64,000 nucleotides of DNA from Candidatus Omnitrophota bacterium (GTDB lineage Bacteria > Omnitrophota > Gorgyraeia > Zapsychrales > Zapsychraceae): contig JADFYJ010000013.1 in NCBI GenBank assembly GCA_015233115.1, positions 9,670-73,669 of the forward strand, read 5' to 3'. Numbering within the stretch: position 1 is the stretch's first letter; every line of letters starts with the position of its first letter. Below, piece by piece: positions 9,402-19,352 of this stretch. The notes beneath the pieces were generated by a model. That model was not told where the DNA came from, searched no databases, and worked only from the letters and a program-made list of their open reading frames with translations. The position numbers were made by a program, and so were the translations under genes.

Positions 9402-10336
9402 AAACTTTGTCCCTCTTTAAAATGAATGAGTTGACGGAATAATTGTGCCGCTTCTGAAATATTATTCATCATGGTTTTCCGCTCTGTCACATGCGACAAA
9501 AAATATTTTAACTGTTCCACAAACATATCGTCCCGCTCAAACGGAAACACGCGGGATTCTTTATGGCCGCGTTGAAAAAAATCAATCCGCGCCGCCATTA
9601 AATCCGCCACCAAAGACTGATCCGGTAAATCAATCCGTATTTTCCTTTCCGGCGAAAAACTCATAAAATCCAAATGCACATTCACTCGAGTTTTTTCTGT
9701 AACCACCACAGCATCACAACAGTCTTCCGCGTCAACCGTTACTTCTGATAGGCGCTTGAGAGAACCATGTATCTGCGCGATTTTTCCAAATAGATATTCA
9801 ATATAATCAAATTCATGCGACAATTCCAAAACCACGCCGCCGCCTTTATCTTTAAACGCTGAATAAGACTGCAAATGATCCTGATTGGGCCGCCAATCTG
9901 GCAGATACGAACTCGCGTTCACGCTGACTTGCAAAATTTTTTTATCTTTCAGATATTCTTTCAAAAATACGATTGCCGGATGAAACCGGAGCACATAGCC
10001 GACATACGATAGAACTTTTTTTGTTTGAATGGTTTGTTCCAACACATCCAAGCCATCCAGCGAAGAACCCAAAGGCTTTTCTAAAAAAACCGGAACACCC
10101 ACATTCACGCACTCTTGAGCGGTTGAAACATGCAAAAACGTTGGGTTCGCAATCAAAGCCGCCTCTGGCAAATTTTGCCGAAACTCATCCCAAGACTGGA
10201 ACATGGGACCAGACCAATCCGTCGGTTCCTGGCCTTTAAAACTGCGAAAAGCCCAGAGTTCATGCCCACCTAACTGACGCAATAAACGCGTATGACGCTG
10301 TCCGATTGAACCTAAACCAAACACACATATCTTCAT
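9398..10336 (-). CDS. Gfo/Idh/MocA-family oxidoreductase, PtmF-like
   Basis: N-terminal MKICVFGLGSIGQRH Rossmann and EKP motif typical of Gfo/Idh/MocA. Confidence 0.7.
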   Translation of the reverse strand: MKICVFGLGSIGQRHTRLLRQLGGHELWAFRSFKGQEPTDWSGPMFQSWDEFRQNLPEAALIANPTFLHVSTAQECVNVGVPVFLEKPLGSSLDGLDVLEQTIQTKKVLSYVGYVLRFHPAIVFLKEYLKDKKILQVSVNASSYLPDWRPNQDHLQSYSAFKDKGGGVVLELSHEFDYIEYLFGKIAQIHGSLKRLSEVTVDAEDCCDAVVVTEKTRVNVHLDFMSFSPERKIRIDLPDQSLVADLMAARIDFFQRGHKESRVFPFERDDMFVEQLKYFLSHVTERKTMMNNISEAAQLFRQLIHFKEGQSL

Positions 10337-11394
10337 AACTTATATTCCAGCCGATCAATGGTTTTATGGTATTCTTCCCATTGCCCCACATCCATATACG
10401 ACTTCTCCGAAACAGGATAGACACTAATGTTCTCTCCTTTTTTCAACAATACCGCGATCAAATCCGGCATATCAAACGGTTTGCCTTTAGGGATATATTT
10501 CAAAGCTTTCTTGGATAAAATGTAAACACCTGTATTGACGGTAAAATCAATCTCAGGTTTTTCTTCGATATTTTGAATTTTTCCGTGTTCCTTAAAATGG
10601 ATCACTCCGTAGGGAATTTTATGATGCTGAATAGTTCCGACTACCGTTAATAAATTCTGGTATTTACGGTGAAAACTCAACAAATCCGCGTAATCCGCGT
10701 TGACGATCACATCGCAGTTAGACACAATAAAATTCTCCGCAATATCCGCTGGCAGCATTTTCAAACTTCCGGCTGTTCCTAAAAATTCTTTTTCCCACAA
10801 ATAATGAATTTTATATTTATGGTCGATATAGTCAAAATACACTTTGATCATTTCGCCTTTATAATTCATGGTTAAGAAAAATTCCGGCGCCCCTATAGCC
10901 GTAAACCGGTCAATGATCACTTCAATAATGGGTTTATCATTGACGGGGATCAACGCTTTAGGCAGGATCCGCGTAAACGGCCCCAAACGCTGGCCTTTTC
11001 CTCCGGCCATAATCACGACGGGAACATCAATTTTATTACGGGGAAACGTTGATTCAGACACCAAATCCATCCAGAAAAACACATTCACAATTTTTTTAAA
11101 TTCATCCACCACCGGCAAAGCTTCAATTTTTTCCCGCACCATTAATTCTTTGATAATATCCTGATCCGTACCCTTTAAAACACTCCGGGGTTTAGCATTA
11201 TAAACTTTCTCAATGGTGCCGTGCAAATTCCCCTGTCCCAACAAATAACGGCGGATATCACCGTCAGTCAGAACACCGCATAAAGCGTCATGCTTATCAA
11301 CGACAAATAAAATTTTTTCGCCGCCCTCGTCCATACGCCTTAAAGCTTCACGAACCGTTATTTTTTTGGTAATGATCAGTTGCTGGATATCCAT
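10333..11394 (-). CDS. Tandem-CBS-domain sugar-phosphate nucleotidyltransferase, PtmE-like
   Basis: N-terminal CBS pair (..GVLTDGDIRRYLL..) followed by the NTP-transferase motif VVIMAGGKGQRLGPFTRILPKALIPV. Confidence 0.75.
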   Translation of the reverse strand: MDIQQLIITKKITVREALRRMDEGGEKILFVVDKHDALCGVLTDGDIRRYLLGQGNLHGTIEKVYNAKPRSVLKGTDQDIIKELMVREKIEALPVVDEFKKIVNVFFWMDLVSESTFPRNKIDVPVVIMAGGKGQRLGPFTRILPKALIPVNDKPIIEVIIDRFTAIGAPEFFLTMNYKGEMIKVYFDYIDHKYKIHYLWEKEFLGTAGSLKMLPADIAENFIVSNCDVIVNADYADLLSFHRKYQNLLTVVGTIQHHKIPYGVIHFKEHGKIQNIEEKPEIDFTVNTGVYILSKKALKYIPKGKPFDMPDLIAVLLKKGENISVYPVSEKSYMDVGQWEEYHKTIDRLEYKL

Positions 11395-12606
11395 TTAGCT
11401 CACCTGTTGACGTAATTGCCATTTTTGATTAACTTGTTTCCACAAATGCGGCGGACGGGCCCGGTCTATTATTTCATAAAATTTCTGCTCTGTGACCCCC
11501 ATGTATTCCAAATTATCCCGGAAATATTGTTTGGGGAATTCACCGTCAAAACGCTTGACCAGCCTGACCCCTTCATCGCGGGTAATATGCCCGTTACGGA
11601 CTTCCTGCGCCGCATCGTAAGTCGCGCGGCCAATGCCGAATTTAATAAAATAAGTATAAAAGTGAAACCAGTCAATTTTGTCGTCAAGACTATTGTATTT
11701 GCTATAACTGCCTTCCGTTCTTTGGTCATTGGGATAAAAATCCGTATTTTCCACTGAATAATAATAGGCCCATTGCGGATCCCATCGTAAATAATAACCT
11801 AAATAATGGACTTCCATTTTTAAACTTTCCGCGGCTTCCGGCGCAATCGGCATATAAGGCTCAATATCCGCACGGGTGAGGCCGTAATCTGTAATAAGCT
11901 TTTTCGCGTTCACACCGCCTAAATAAATTTCTTCCAATCGCTGTTCATAGGTAAAAAATTTCGTACTGCGCGTAGCTTTGTCATTATCTTTAATCGGATT
12001 GCCGTATTCCGCCTCGTTTTCTCCATAAACCACTAAAGGAATTTTATAAAGCGACGCAACTTTCGGCGCCACATTTTTCTGCCCGATGATAAACGGCTGA
12101 AACGGGTGGACTAAATTTTCAAATGCCAATTTCGTGATCAAACGGTGCACTTTCTGGTTCGGCGTATACGTGATATTATCAAAGCCCGCGTTAACCCACG
12201 CCTCAAAATTTCTCCGGCCCGGAATTGTATAAAGGTGCGGCGCCCAGGTTACTAATAAAGGATTCATGTTGTATTTGTAACGCAGGACATGCGCGGCCAC
12301 AATGCTGTCTTTTCCGCCGCTCCCGGGAACTATACAATCATAATTTCCGTCCGGACTGCGGAATCGCGCCAGCATTTTATGCAATTCTTCTTCGCGTTCC
12401 TGCCAATTGATTGATTTTTTATTTTCCGCGTAACGGCAAGCCTCACACACTCCTTCATTATCAAAACCAATGGTGCGTTTTTTACTGCTTTCCGTATTCT
12501 TAAACTCAACCACTGAAGAAGGCCGTTGATTAGAAATGACACATTTTTTACAATATTTAACATCAACAGGCAATCCATACATGCCGAATTCCGCTTTTTG
12601 TTCCAT
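11395..12606 (-). CDS. N-acetyl sugar amidotransferase (PP-loop ATPase; PseA/WbuX-like)
   Basis: PP-loop VPGSGGKDSIVAAH and N-terminal Cys cluster (CKKCVISNQRP..CEAC); lies directly upstream of HisH/HisF paralogs. Confidence 0.75.
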   Translation of the reverse strand: MEQKAEFGMYGLPVDVKYCKKCVISNQRPSSVVEFKNTESSKKRTIGFDNEGVCEACRYAENKKSINWQEREEELHKMLARFRSPDGNYDCIVPGSGGKDSIVAAHVLRYKYNMNPLLVTWAPHLYTIPGRRNFEAWVNAGFDNITYTPNQKVHRLITKLAFENLVHPFQPFIIGQKNVAPKVASLYKIPLVVYGENEAEYGNPIKDNDKATRSTKFFTYEQRLEEIYLGGVNAKKLITDYGLTRADIEPYMPIAPEAAESLKMEVHYLGYYLRWDPQWAYYYSVENTDFYPNDQRTEGSYSKYNSLDDKIDWFHFYTYFIKFGIGRATYDAAQEVRNGHITRDEGVRLVKRFDGEFPKQYFRDNLEYMGVTEQKFYEIIDRARPPHLWKQVNQKWQLRQQVS

Positions 12607-12616
12607 AACTGTCCCT

Positions 12617-13222
12617 TTATATGCTTAAAAAATTATCAATAATTTTTAATCCATGCGTCCGGCTTTTTTCCGGGTGAAACTGCACGCCAAAAACCTGATC
12701 CCGCTCAACCACAGATACAAAACTATGATCTATGTAATTTGATAACCCTGCCACATCTTTATAATTAATAAACTCATAAGAATGCATAAAATAAAAAACA
12801 TCTTCAGCGGTCACTCCTTTTAAAATTTTAGATGGACGGATCACCTCCACATTCGCCCAGCCAATATGCGGGACCGGATGCTTGACCGGCATAAGCCTGA
12901 CTGCGCCTTCAAAATATTTCAATCCCGGGGTTTCGCCAAATTCATAACCAATCTCGGATAGAATCTGCATTCCCAAACAAATGCCTAACGTAGGTACTTT
13001 TAAAATTTTATCACGCAATTCCTGGTAAAACGGGGCAATGGATTCCATGGCGCCTTTGTATGTTCCTACGCCGGGAATAACAATTTTATCAACAGATTTC
13101 AAATCCTGACCGGATTTGACTACCACGATTTTGACCTCTTTTTTCGCCAGCTCAAACACTTTGCGGATATTAAAGATGTTTCCGGCTTGTCCGTAATCTA
13201 TCACTCCAATCACTTGGCTCAT
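12617..13222 (-). CDS. Glutamine amidotransferase, HisH paralog (WbuY-like)
   Basis: Class I GATase nucleophile motif GICLGMQ and FHPEKS. Confidence 0.8.
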   Translation of the reverse strand: MSQVIGVIDYGQAGNIFNIRKVFELAKKEVKIVVVKSGQDLKSVDKIVIPGVGTYKGAMESIAPFYQELRDKILKVPTLGICLGMQILSEIGYEFGETPGLKYFEGAVRLMPVKHPVPHIGWANVEVIRPSKILKGVTAEDVFYFMHSYEFINYKDVAGLSNYIDHSFVSVVERDQVFGVQFHPEKSRTHGLKIIDNFLSI

Positions 13223-13974
13223 AACGTCACCTCGATTTCCTGACTTAACAAATACTCTTTGATTTCGCGAATCGTGATGCGGTCATAGTGCAGCATGGAC
13301 GCGATACAAACCGCATTGACATTGCCATCTTTAATAACATCCCGGATGTGTTCCAATTGGCCGGCTCCGCCTGCGGCCACCACAGGCACTGACGCGATAG
13401 TAGAAATACCCGCCATGAGTTCCACATCAAAACCTTTTTGTCGTCCTTCAGTATCCACAGACGTTACTAATAATTCTCCAGCGCCTAAATCCTGGACTTC
13501 TTTCACCCAATCCATAACATCTTTCCCTGAAGGGATGCGGCCATAATCCGTGTAACATTCCCAACCGTCGCCTTTACGTTTGGCTTCAATAGAAACGGTC
13601 ACGCATTGGCTTCCAAAAATATGCGCGCAATCCCGGATCAACTGCGGGTTAGCAATAGCCGCGGTATTTATAACCACTTTATCTGCCCCGCAATGCAGTA
13701 ACCGAGCCACATCATCCGTCGTGCGAATTCCTCCGCCCACGCAAAAAGGCGCGACAATGCTTTTGGCCGTCTGCTCAATATACTCAAACAAAATCTCTCT
13801 TTGGTATAAACTGGCTACCGCGTCAATATAAAAAATTTCATCCGCGCCCTGCCAATAATACTTCTCAGCCAGAGCTTCAGGCTGACCCATTTTCCGCAGT
13901 CCTTCGAAATGAACTCCTTTGATCACATAGGGAGGTTTCACATCCAGGCGAGCGATCACACGTATTTTAGACAT
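13219..13974 (-). CDS. Imidazole glycerol phosphate synthase cyclase-subunit paralog, HisF-like (WbuZ-like)
   Basis: (beta/alpha)8 HisF signature regions RVIARLDVK..GADEIF..VGGGIR..AAGGAG. Confidence 0.8.
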   Translation of the reverse strand: MSKIRVIARLDVKPPYVIKGVHFEGLRKMGQPEALAEKYYWQGADEIFYIDAVASLYQREILFEYIEQTAKSIVAPFCVGGGIRTTDDVARLLHCGADKVVINTAAIANPQLIRDCAHIFGSQCVTVSIEAKRKGDGWECYTDYGRIPSGKDVMDWVKEVQDLGAGELLVTSVDTEGRQKGFDVELMAGISTIASVPVVAAGGAGQLEHIRDVIKDGNVNAVCIASMLHYDRITIREIKEYLLSQEIEVTL

Positions 13975-15148
13975 TCACTAACTCCTTGTTCAAATCATAG
14001 AATTCTTTTTTTAAAATTCCTTCTAAAGAAATTTTTTTTAATATTTTAACAATTTTAACAGCAGTCCCGCCTTTGCCATAAATATTCTTCACCAATTTTA
14101 ACTGACTCTGAAATGACGGAGAATACAAACGCTGTAAAGCCTTTTGGATCGATACGGTTTGCGGGCCGCAATCAATGATACTAGATGAACGCAGACGTCC
14201 AGCCTGACGGTCACCGATATTGACTGTCCCAATCTTGAAACTCGGCGCTTCCACAATTCCGCTCGAAGAATTTCCCACCACCCCATCCACATATTGCATC
14301 ATGGACAAATAATTCAACTGACCCAATGAAGTAAAAACTCTGGTATGACCTGGATGCCCCTCAACATACTTTTCAATGAGTTGGTTAATAACTTGACCAT
14401 CTGTATCCGCGTTAGCTTTGGTAAAAAACACCATGGTCTCTTTTAGTCCATTCAAAGCCTGCAAAAGGTTCTGGCATTGTTCAGGGGCCGTATTATTTTC
14501 CAGAGTCACCGGATGAAACGTCACCAGCAAATTATGTGGTGCAAATTTTAATTTCAAATTTCTCTCTAATTCATCCTTGGACAACAATTTCAATAATTTC
14601 AAATTATCTAAACCCAAAGCCCCCACATTAAAAACACGTTGAGGATTTTCTCCTAATTGAATAATTCTCCGCCGATAAACATCCGTGGCCGCGAAATGCA
14701 CGCTCGCCATCTTGGTGATGGAATGACGGATTGGTTCATCAATCAGTCCAAACGTTGATTCTCCGCCGGAAATATGCGCGATAGGGATCCGGCTGACCAT
14801 CGCGGCTGTAGCCGCTGCCAAAGCTTCAAATCTGTCGCCTAAAATAACCAACATATCCGGATTCAATTTTTTCAAAGCTTGCGCGTATCCTTCCACCCCT
14901 CTGGCCATTGAGCGGCAAATGCCCACCGGAGAATCATCTCCCAAATGGAGGTCAACTTTCGCGTCAATCGAAAATCCATCTTGAACAATCTGCTGATACG
15001 TCATTCCAAATTTCTTGGATAAATGCGTGCCTGAGACCAATAACTGTAAATCAAAAGCAGAATCTTTGCTTAATTCCTTAAGAAGAGGGAATAGCAAACC
15101 ATATTCCGCCCGCGTCGCGGTAAACACGCAGATTGTCCGCTTTCTCAT
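13967..15148 (-). CDS. Hydrolysing NDP-N-acetylglucosamine 2-epimerase (NeuC/LegG family)
   Basis: N-terminus ICVFTATRAEYGLL and overall NeuC-like length of 393 aa. Confidence 0.8.
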   Translation of the reverse strand: MRKRTICVFTATRAEYGLLFPLLKELSKDSAFDLQLLVSGTHLSKKFGMTYQQIVQDGFSIDAKVDLHLGDDSPVGICRSMARGVEGYAQALKKLNPDMLVILGDRFEALAAATAAMVSRIPIAHISGGESTFGLIDEPIRHSITKMASVHFAATDVYRRRIIQLGENPQRVFNVGALGLDNLKLLKLLSKDELERNLKLKFAPHNLLVTFHPVTLENNTAPEQCQNLLQALNGLKETMVFFTKANADTDGQVINQLIEKYVEGHPGHTRVFTSLGQLNYLSMMQYVDGVVGNSSSGIVEAPSFKIGTVNIGDRQAGRLRSSSIIDCGPQTVSIQKALQRLYSPSFQSQLKLVKNIYGKGGTAVKIVKILKKISLEGILKKEFYDLNKELVNV

Positions 15149-15864
15149 AATTTATCCTTTTTGCGGATTTCCAAAATAGTGGCGTCATAAATTAACCCCA
15201 TCCCATTGATAAATTTACGGCCTTCCGGAGTTATCATAGTCCAGCTGCGGATCGGATCTTCCTGCGGAACCAGATCAAAAGGCAAATGGAATTTATCGAT
15301 GTGAGAAATTTTCATATTCATCTCATCCAATACTTTTTTAACCGTCTCCAATGAATGATTATTATACCCATATTCAAAATTTTGATTATATTTATTGTTG
15401 CGGTATATGGTCCGCACATCCACATCAAACGTGTTAAATAATCCTAAAATAAAAATGACACCGTTATTTTCTAAATGATTCCGTAAATTTAAAAGCGGCT
15501 GATGGATATCATCAAAAAAAGATAAAACACCGGACATGGTGATCACATCAAATTTCTGGTTGAGCTGAAAATTCTCCGCTTTCCCGCATTGAAAGGCCAC
15601 CCCTTTTAATCCGGCGAATCGTTGCGCTGAATCAATCAATCCCTGACTATAATCAACTCCGGCTATATGTTTTATCTTTAATCCGGATAAATGTTTCAAA
15701 TAATATAAAAACTCCCCCCGGGCACAACCCACATCCAAGACTGAAAATTCATGGTTTGGGTATACCCCGCGGATTTTTTCACCCATGCATTTAAACATTT
15801 CTTTAGGTTTTGAATAATAATCTTCATTCAAATAGATGTATTGACTTTGATAATTGTCCGCCAT
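15145..15864 (-). CDS. Class I SAM-dependent methyltransferase
   Basis: Motif I VLDVGCARGEF. Confidence 0.6.
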   Translation of the reverse strand: MADNYQSQYIYLNEDYYSKPKEMFKCMGEKIRGVYPNHEFSVLDVGCARGEFLYYLKHLSGLKIKHIAGVDYSQGLIDSAQRFAGLKGVAFQCGKAENFQLNQKFDVITMSGVLSFFDDIHQPLLNLRNHLENNGVIFILGLFNTFDVDVRTIYRNNKYNQNFEYGYNNHSLETVKKVLDEMNMKISHIDKFHLPFDLVPQEDPIRSWTMITPEGRKFINGMGLIYDATILEIRKKDKL

Positions 15865-15866
15865 GT

Positions 15867-16541
15867 CTACCGCCAGATTTGTTTAATCATCATAAAAGAT
15901 TCTGCTGCCTTGCATCCTGCTGTCGCTCCTCTGAACGTGGCGAGCGCGCGAATATTTTCTTCACTGCGGGGAAATGGACTCTCTCCGATTTCTCCTGAAT
16001 ATATCTTCATAATTCTGACCTTATCCTCAATAAAACCATCCATATTGACAAAATAATTCGGCACAAAAGTCTTTCCTTCATGCGCCGGAGCAAACTCTGT
16101 TTCGCTGAGAGTTTCCATCATATACAGCGTCTTTATAAACGGATAGCGAAATATTTTAGTACAACTATAGATCTGGTCAAACGCCATGCGATGATCGCTA
16201 TGCACATCATACATAAAAGGCAAATAAATAATTTCCGGTTTAATCTGCTGAAAAACTTCTTGCACCTTTTCAATGAACAGATGCGGCGAAACAGTATCTA
16301 ACTTACGGGTAGGAAAATTCAGTTGAAAGGTTTGAGACATGCCAAACTCTGAGGCAACCTGTTCAATTTCTTTGTTCCGCGCCGCGATTTGCTCGGCCTT
16401 ATACCCTTCCTCTTGGCGCATAGCCGTCACAATCAGCCAATACACCTGATCGCCAGCTTGGCGGTGTTTTAATATGGTTCCTCCGCACCCTAAGGTTTCA
16501 TCATCCGGATGAACCGCGACGACTAAAACATTCTGACTCAT
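15867..16541 (-). CDS. PIG-L/LmbE-family de-N-acetylase
   Basis: VVAVHPDDETLGCGGT zinc-binding signature. Confidence 0.75.
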   Translation of the reverse strand: MSQNVLVVAVHPDDETLGCGGTILKHRQAGDQVYWLIVTAMRQEEGYKAEQIAARNKEIEQVASEFGMSQTFQLNFPTRKLDTVSPHLFIEKVQEVFQQIKPEIIYLPFMYDVHSDHRMAFDQIYSCTKIFRYPFIKTLYMMETLSETEFAPAHEGKTFVPNYFVNMDGFIEDKVRIMKIYSGEIGESPFPRSEENIRALATFRGATAGCKAAESFMMIKQIWR

Positions 16542-17419
16542 AAATAATCCCCTTTTTTTGGAAGGATTTTAAATTCATGCTCAACCAAACATATAGCGCC
16601 TTCACAACAACGCACGGTGATCTGCCCATTATCGACATTCAATATTTTCCCGAATTCATCATTTCCTGAACCCATTTCAATTTCCCGGACCCGCCAAATT
16701 TTAATTTCTTGCCCCTGATATAACAAATGCGCTCCCACGTAAGGCTTGGTTAAGGCTCGGACTAAATTATAAATCGCTCGGCTGTTCATGCAGAAATGAA
16801 TCTGTCCATCCCAGGCTGCGCGCTTACGCCAAACATTGGTTTGGTCCCGGTCTTGTTTTATTCGAGGACAGTTCCCCTGCTTTATAAGTGGAATAAACTG
16901 TTCCATCTGGCTGATCGCGGTTTGAGTGACCTTATCATACAAGGTCCTCGCGTCATCTTCATAACAAATCGGAATCTTAACTTGATTAATGATATCTCCG
17001 GTATCCGCGCCCTCATCCATAAAAAAGAACGTCGAGCCAGTTTCTTTCAAACCCAAGGCCAAAGCCCATATCAGGGGATGACGTCCCCGGTTTTGCGGAA
17101 GCAAAGCCGGATGAAATCCTATAACACCCTGCGGAGCTATTGACAAAAATGTTTTTTTTAACATCTGCGAATTCCCCAAACTCATCACGATATCTGGACT
17201 CAAGGATCTCATCCAATCCAACGCGGCCGCATCATTAAAATTCTCAGTTACCAAACAAGGGATATTCTGTTCCCGGCAAAATACCGTTAAATCACAAAAA
17301 TCCGCGTTAAAAGCAGACGATGGGCAAGTGACCACGCCCACCACCTCGGCTTTTAAAGCTACCAATTTGGCCAAAGCCTTTAAACTAAACTCCACATATC
17401 CGGCAAAAATAATCCTCAC
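16538..17419 (-). CDS. Formyltransferase (Fmt/ArnA-like sugar N-formyltransferase candidate)
   Basis: N-terminal Rossmann MRIIFAG, catalytic HPALLPQNRG motif, and a C-terminal Fmt-like domain. Confidence 0.75.
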   Translation of the reverse strand: MRIIFAGYVEFSLKALAKLVALKAEVVGVVTCPSSAFNADFCDLTVFCREQNIPCLVTENFNDAAALDWMRSLSPDIVMSLGNSQMLKKTFLSIAPQGVIGFHPALLPQNRGRHPLIWALALGLKETGSTFFFMDEGADTGDIINQVKIPICYEDDARTLYDKVTQTAISQMEQFIPLIKQGNCPRIKQDRDQTNVWRKRAAWDGQIHFCMNSRAIYNLVRALTKPYVGAHLLYQGQEIKIWRVREIEMGSGNDEFGKILNVDNGQITVRCCEGAICLVEHEFKILPKKGDYL

Positions 17420-18447
17420 GATTTGATCACCTCATCCGCTTTAAAATCCTGCTGTGCTTTCCGTCCCATAATACGATCCCATAACATCGGATTTAATCCT
17501 GTACCAGGGCGTTTAACAGTTAAATTCTCCGGAGAAAAAATTTCACCTTTACGGATATTCACCCGGGCCACAATACTTTTCCGGATAATTAATTTATTCT
17601 TTTCTTCCGTTAAAGAGGGCTTTTTAACTCCATTCCCCATCGCTTCTTCCACATGCCGGATCGCCTTCACTAATTGTTGTAATTCCTGCGGATTCAAAGA
17701 CGCTTGATGATCCGGGCCATCCATAGTTTTGTCCAGGGTAAAATGTTTTTCGATCACTTGTGCCCCTAAAGCCACAGCCGCTAAAGCCACTTCGATACCT
17801 TCCGTATGATCTGAATATCCAACTTTCACGCCTAAGGATTGACCGATCGTAACCATAGCGCGTAAATTCACATCTTTAAATACAGCCGGGTATTCCGTAC
17901 AACAATGCAGTACGGTAATATTTTTCTTCACTGTTCCGGCTTGGACTAAAATTTCAACAGCCGTTTTGATTTCTTTTAAAACTGCCATACCTGTCGATAT
18001 AATAATCTTTTTCTTTAGCTTTCCCATTTTCCGCAAATACGGCAGATTGGTAATTTCTCCTGACGGAATTTTAAGAATTTTTAATTTCAAACGATTTAAT
18101 AAATCAATACTGGGCAAATCAAAAGGCGATGAAATAAACTCAACTCCTTTGTTCTGTGCATAACGCAAAAGGTCCTCATGCTGTTGTTCATTCAATTGAA
18201 ACCTACGCACCATATCCAAAAAACTTTCTTGCTGATCCGTATGACGCAATTGGTAGGACGCTTTAGGAGTGGACTGACACATCACTTCTTCCGGCCTAAA
18301 GGTCTGAAATTTCACAGCATCAACACCGGCGATAGCCGCCTGATCAATCAGGTTTTTCGCCAATTCGATCTGACCATTATGATTAACACCGATCTCAGCG
18401 ATAATAAACACCCGTTTATCATTCAATTTATGCTTTAGCATTTTCAA
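17416..18447 (-). CDS. NeuB-family nonulosonic acid synthase (copy 1, LegI-like by context)
   Basis: FIIAEIGVNHNG, the TIM-barrel block and a C-terminal antifreeze-like domain. Confidence 0.8.
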   Translation of the reverse strand: MKMLKHKLNDKRVFIIAEIGVNHNGQIELAKNLIDQAAIAGVDAVKFQTFRPEEVMCQSTPKASYQLRHTDQQESFLDMVRRFQLNEQQHEDLLRYAQNKGVEFISSPFDLPSIDLLNRLKLKILKIPSGEITNLPYLRKMGKLKKKIIISTGMAVLKEIKTAVEILVQAGTVKKNITVLHCCTEYPAVFKDVNLRAMVTIGQSLGVKVGYSDHTEGIEVALAAVALGAQVIEKHFTLDKTMDGPDHQASLNPQELQQLVKAIRHVEEAMGNGVKKPSLTEEKNKLIIRKSIVARVNIRKGEIFSPENLTVKRPGTGLNPMLWDRIMGRKAQQDFKADEVIKS

Positions 18448-19318
18448 TCACTTTCAATTTGTCTAATTTAAACGGAATATTCTTGATATTCCATTCTTTC
18501 TTCAATTTCGCGGAAACGATTTTTTGCTGACAACGCAGTCCGTCTTTGCGTAAAACCAATTTCGTAGCCTTATTCCCGTACTGCTTAACCATGTAACCCG
18601 CTATTTCCCCCAAAGTATACTGTTCATCGCTTCCCAAATTAAAAATACCTGAAACCGGCTGTTTTAAAATTTTCTTCAACACGGCGACGACTTCATCCGT
18701 AAAGATAAAATTAATCACTCTGTGTCCGTTACCGAATACCGTAATCTGATTGCCGTCACGCAATTCTTTGAAAAAAACCGGCAAAATGCGGTCAGGCCGC
18801 ATGCCCTTGCCAATAATTTGCGCGAGCCTAAGTTGAGTCACAGTCATTTTGTCACTCAGCATACGTTCAAATAAAACTTCCGCGTTAAATTTTGCTAACC
18901 CATAAAACACGTCATTGTTCTCAACCATATCAACCGCACTCGACTCAGTATAAAAACCATCTTTATTCGGATAAACCGCGACACTGGAAAAATTAATAAA
19001 AAATTGAGGTTTGATCAATTCTGCCAGACGTGCCGTATTCACCGCGACTTGTAAATTATTTTTTAAAAGGTTACTATCTTTTTTTGCCATAGGATCGGCC
19101 ATAGCCGCCGCTAAATGAATGATCCCGTCAATTTTCCCCGCCTTATATTTCCGGCCAAATGCTTCGATTTGTTTATCATCCAGCAAATTCAAATACAAAA
19201 TTTCCGCGGAAACCAACGTTTTGTCATCTGTCAAACCCAAAATGTGATGATGTTCTTTAAGGCTGGCTTGAAGATGCTGTCCAATAAATCCAGTGGCTCC
19301 GGTTATAATTACATTCAT
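18428..19318 (-). CDS. NAD-dependent epimerase/dehydratase
   Basis: VIITGATGFIGQHL; the ATG at 19318 is preceded by AGGA. The 52-codon upstream extension in the track is encoded by the inverted-repeat element and is rejected. Confidence 0.7.
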   Translation of the reverse strand: MNVIITGATGFIGQHLQASLKEHHHILGLTDDKTLVSAEILYLNLLDDKQIEAFGRKYKAGKIDGIIHLAAAMADPMAKKDSNLLKNNLQVAVNTARLAELIKPQFFINFSSVAVYPNKDGFYTESSAVDMVENNDVFYGLAKFNAEVLFERMLSDKMTVTQLRLAQIIGKGMRPDRILPVFFKELRDGNQITVFGNGHRVINFIFTDEVVAVLKKILKQPVSGIFNLGSDEQYTLGEIAGYMVKQYGNKATKLVLRKDGLRCQQKIVSAKLKKEWNIKNIPFKLDKLKVIENAKA

Positions 19319-19352
19319 ATTTCTTATCCTAATATATTTTACATTTTTTGTA

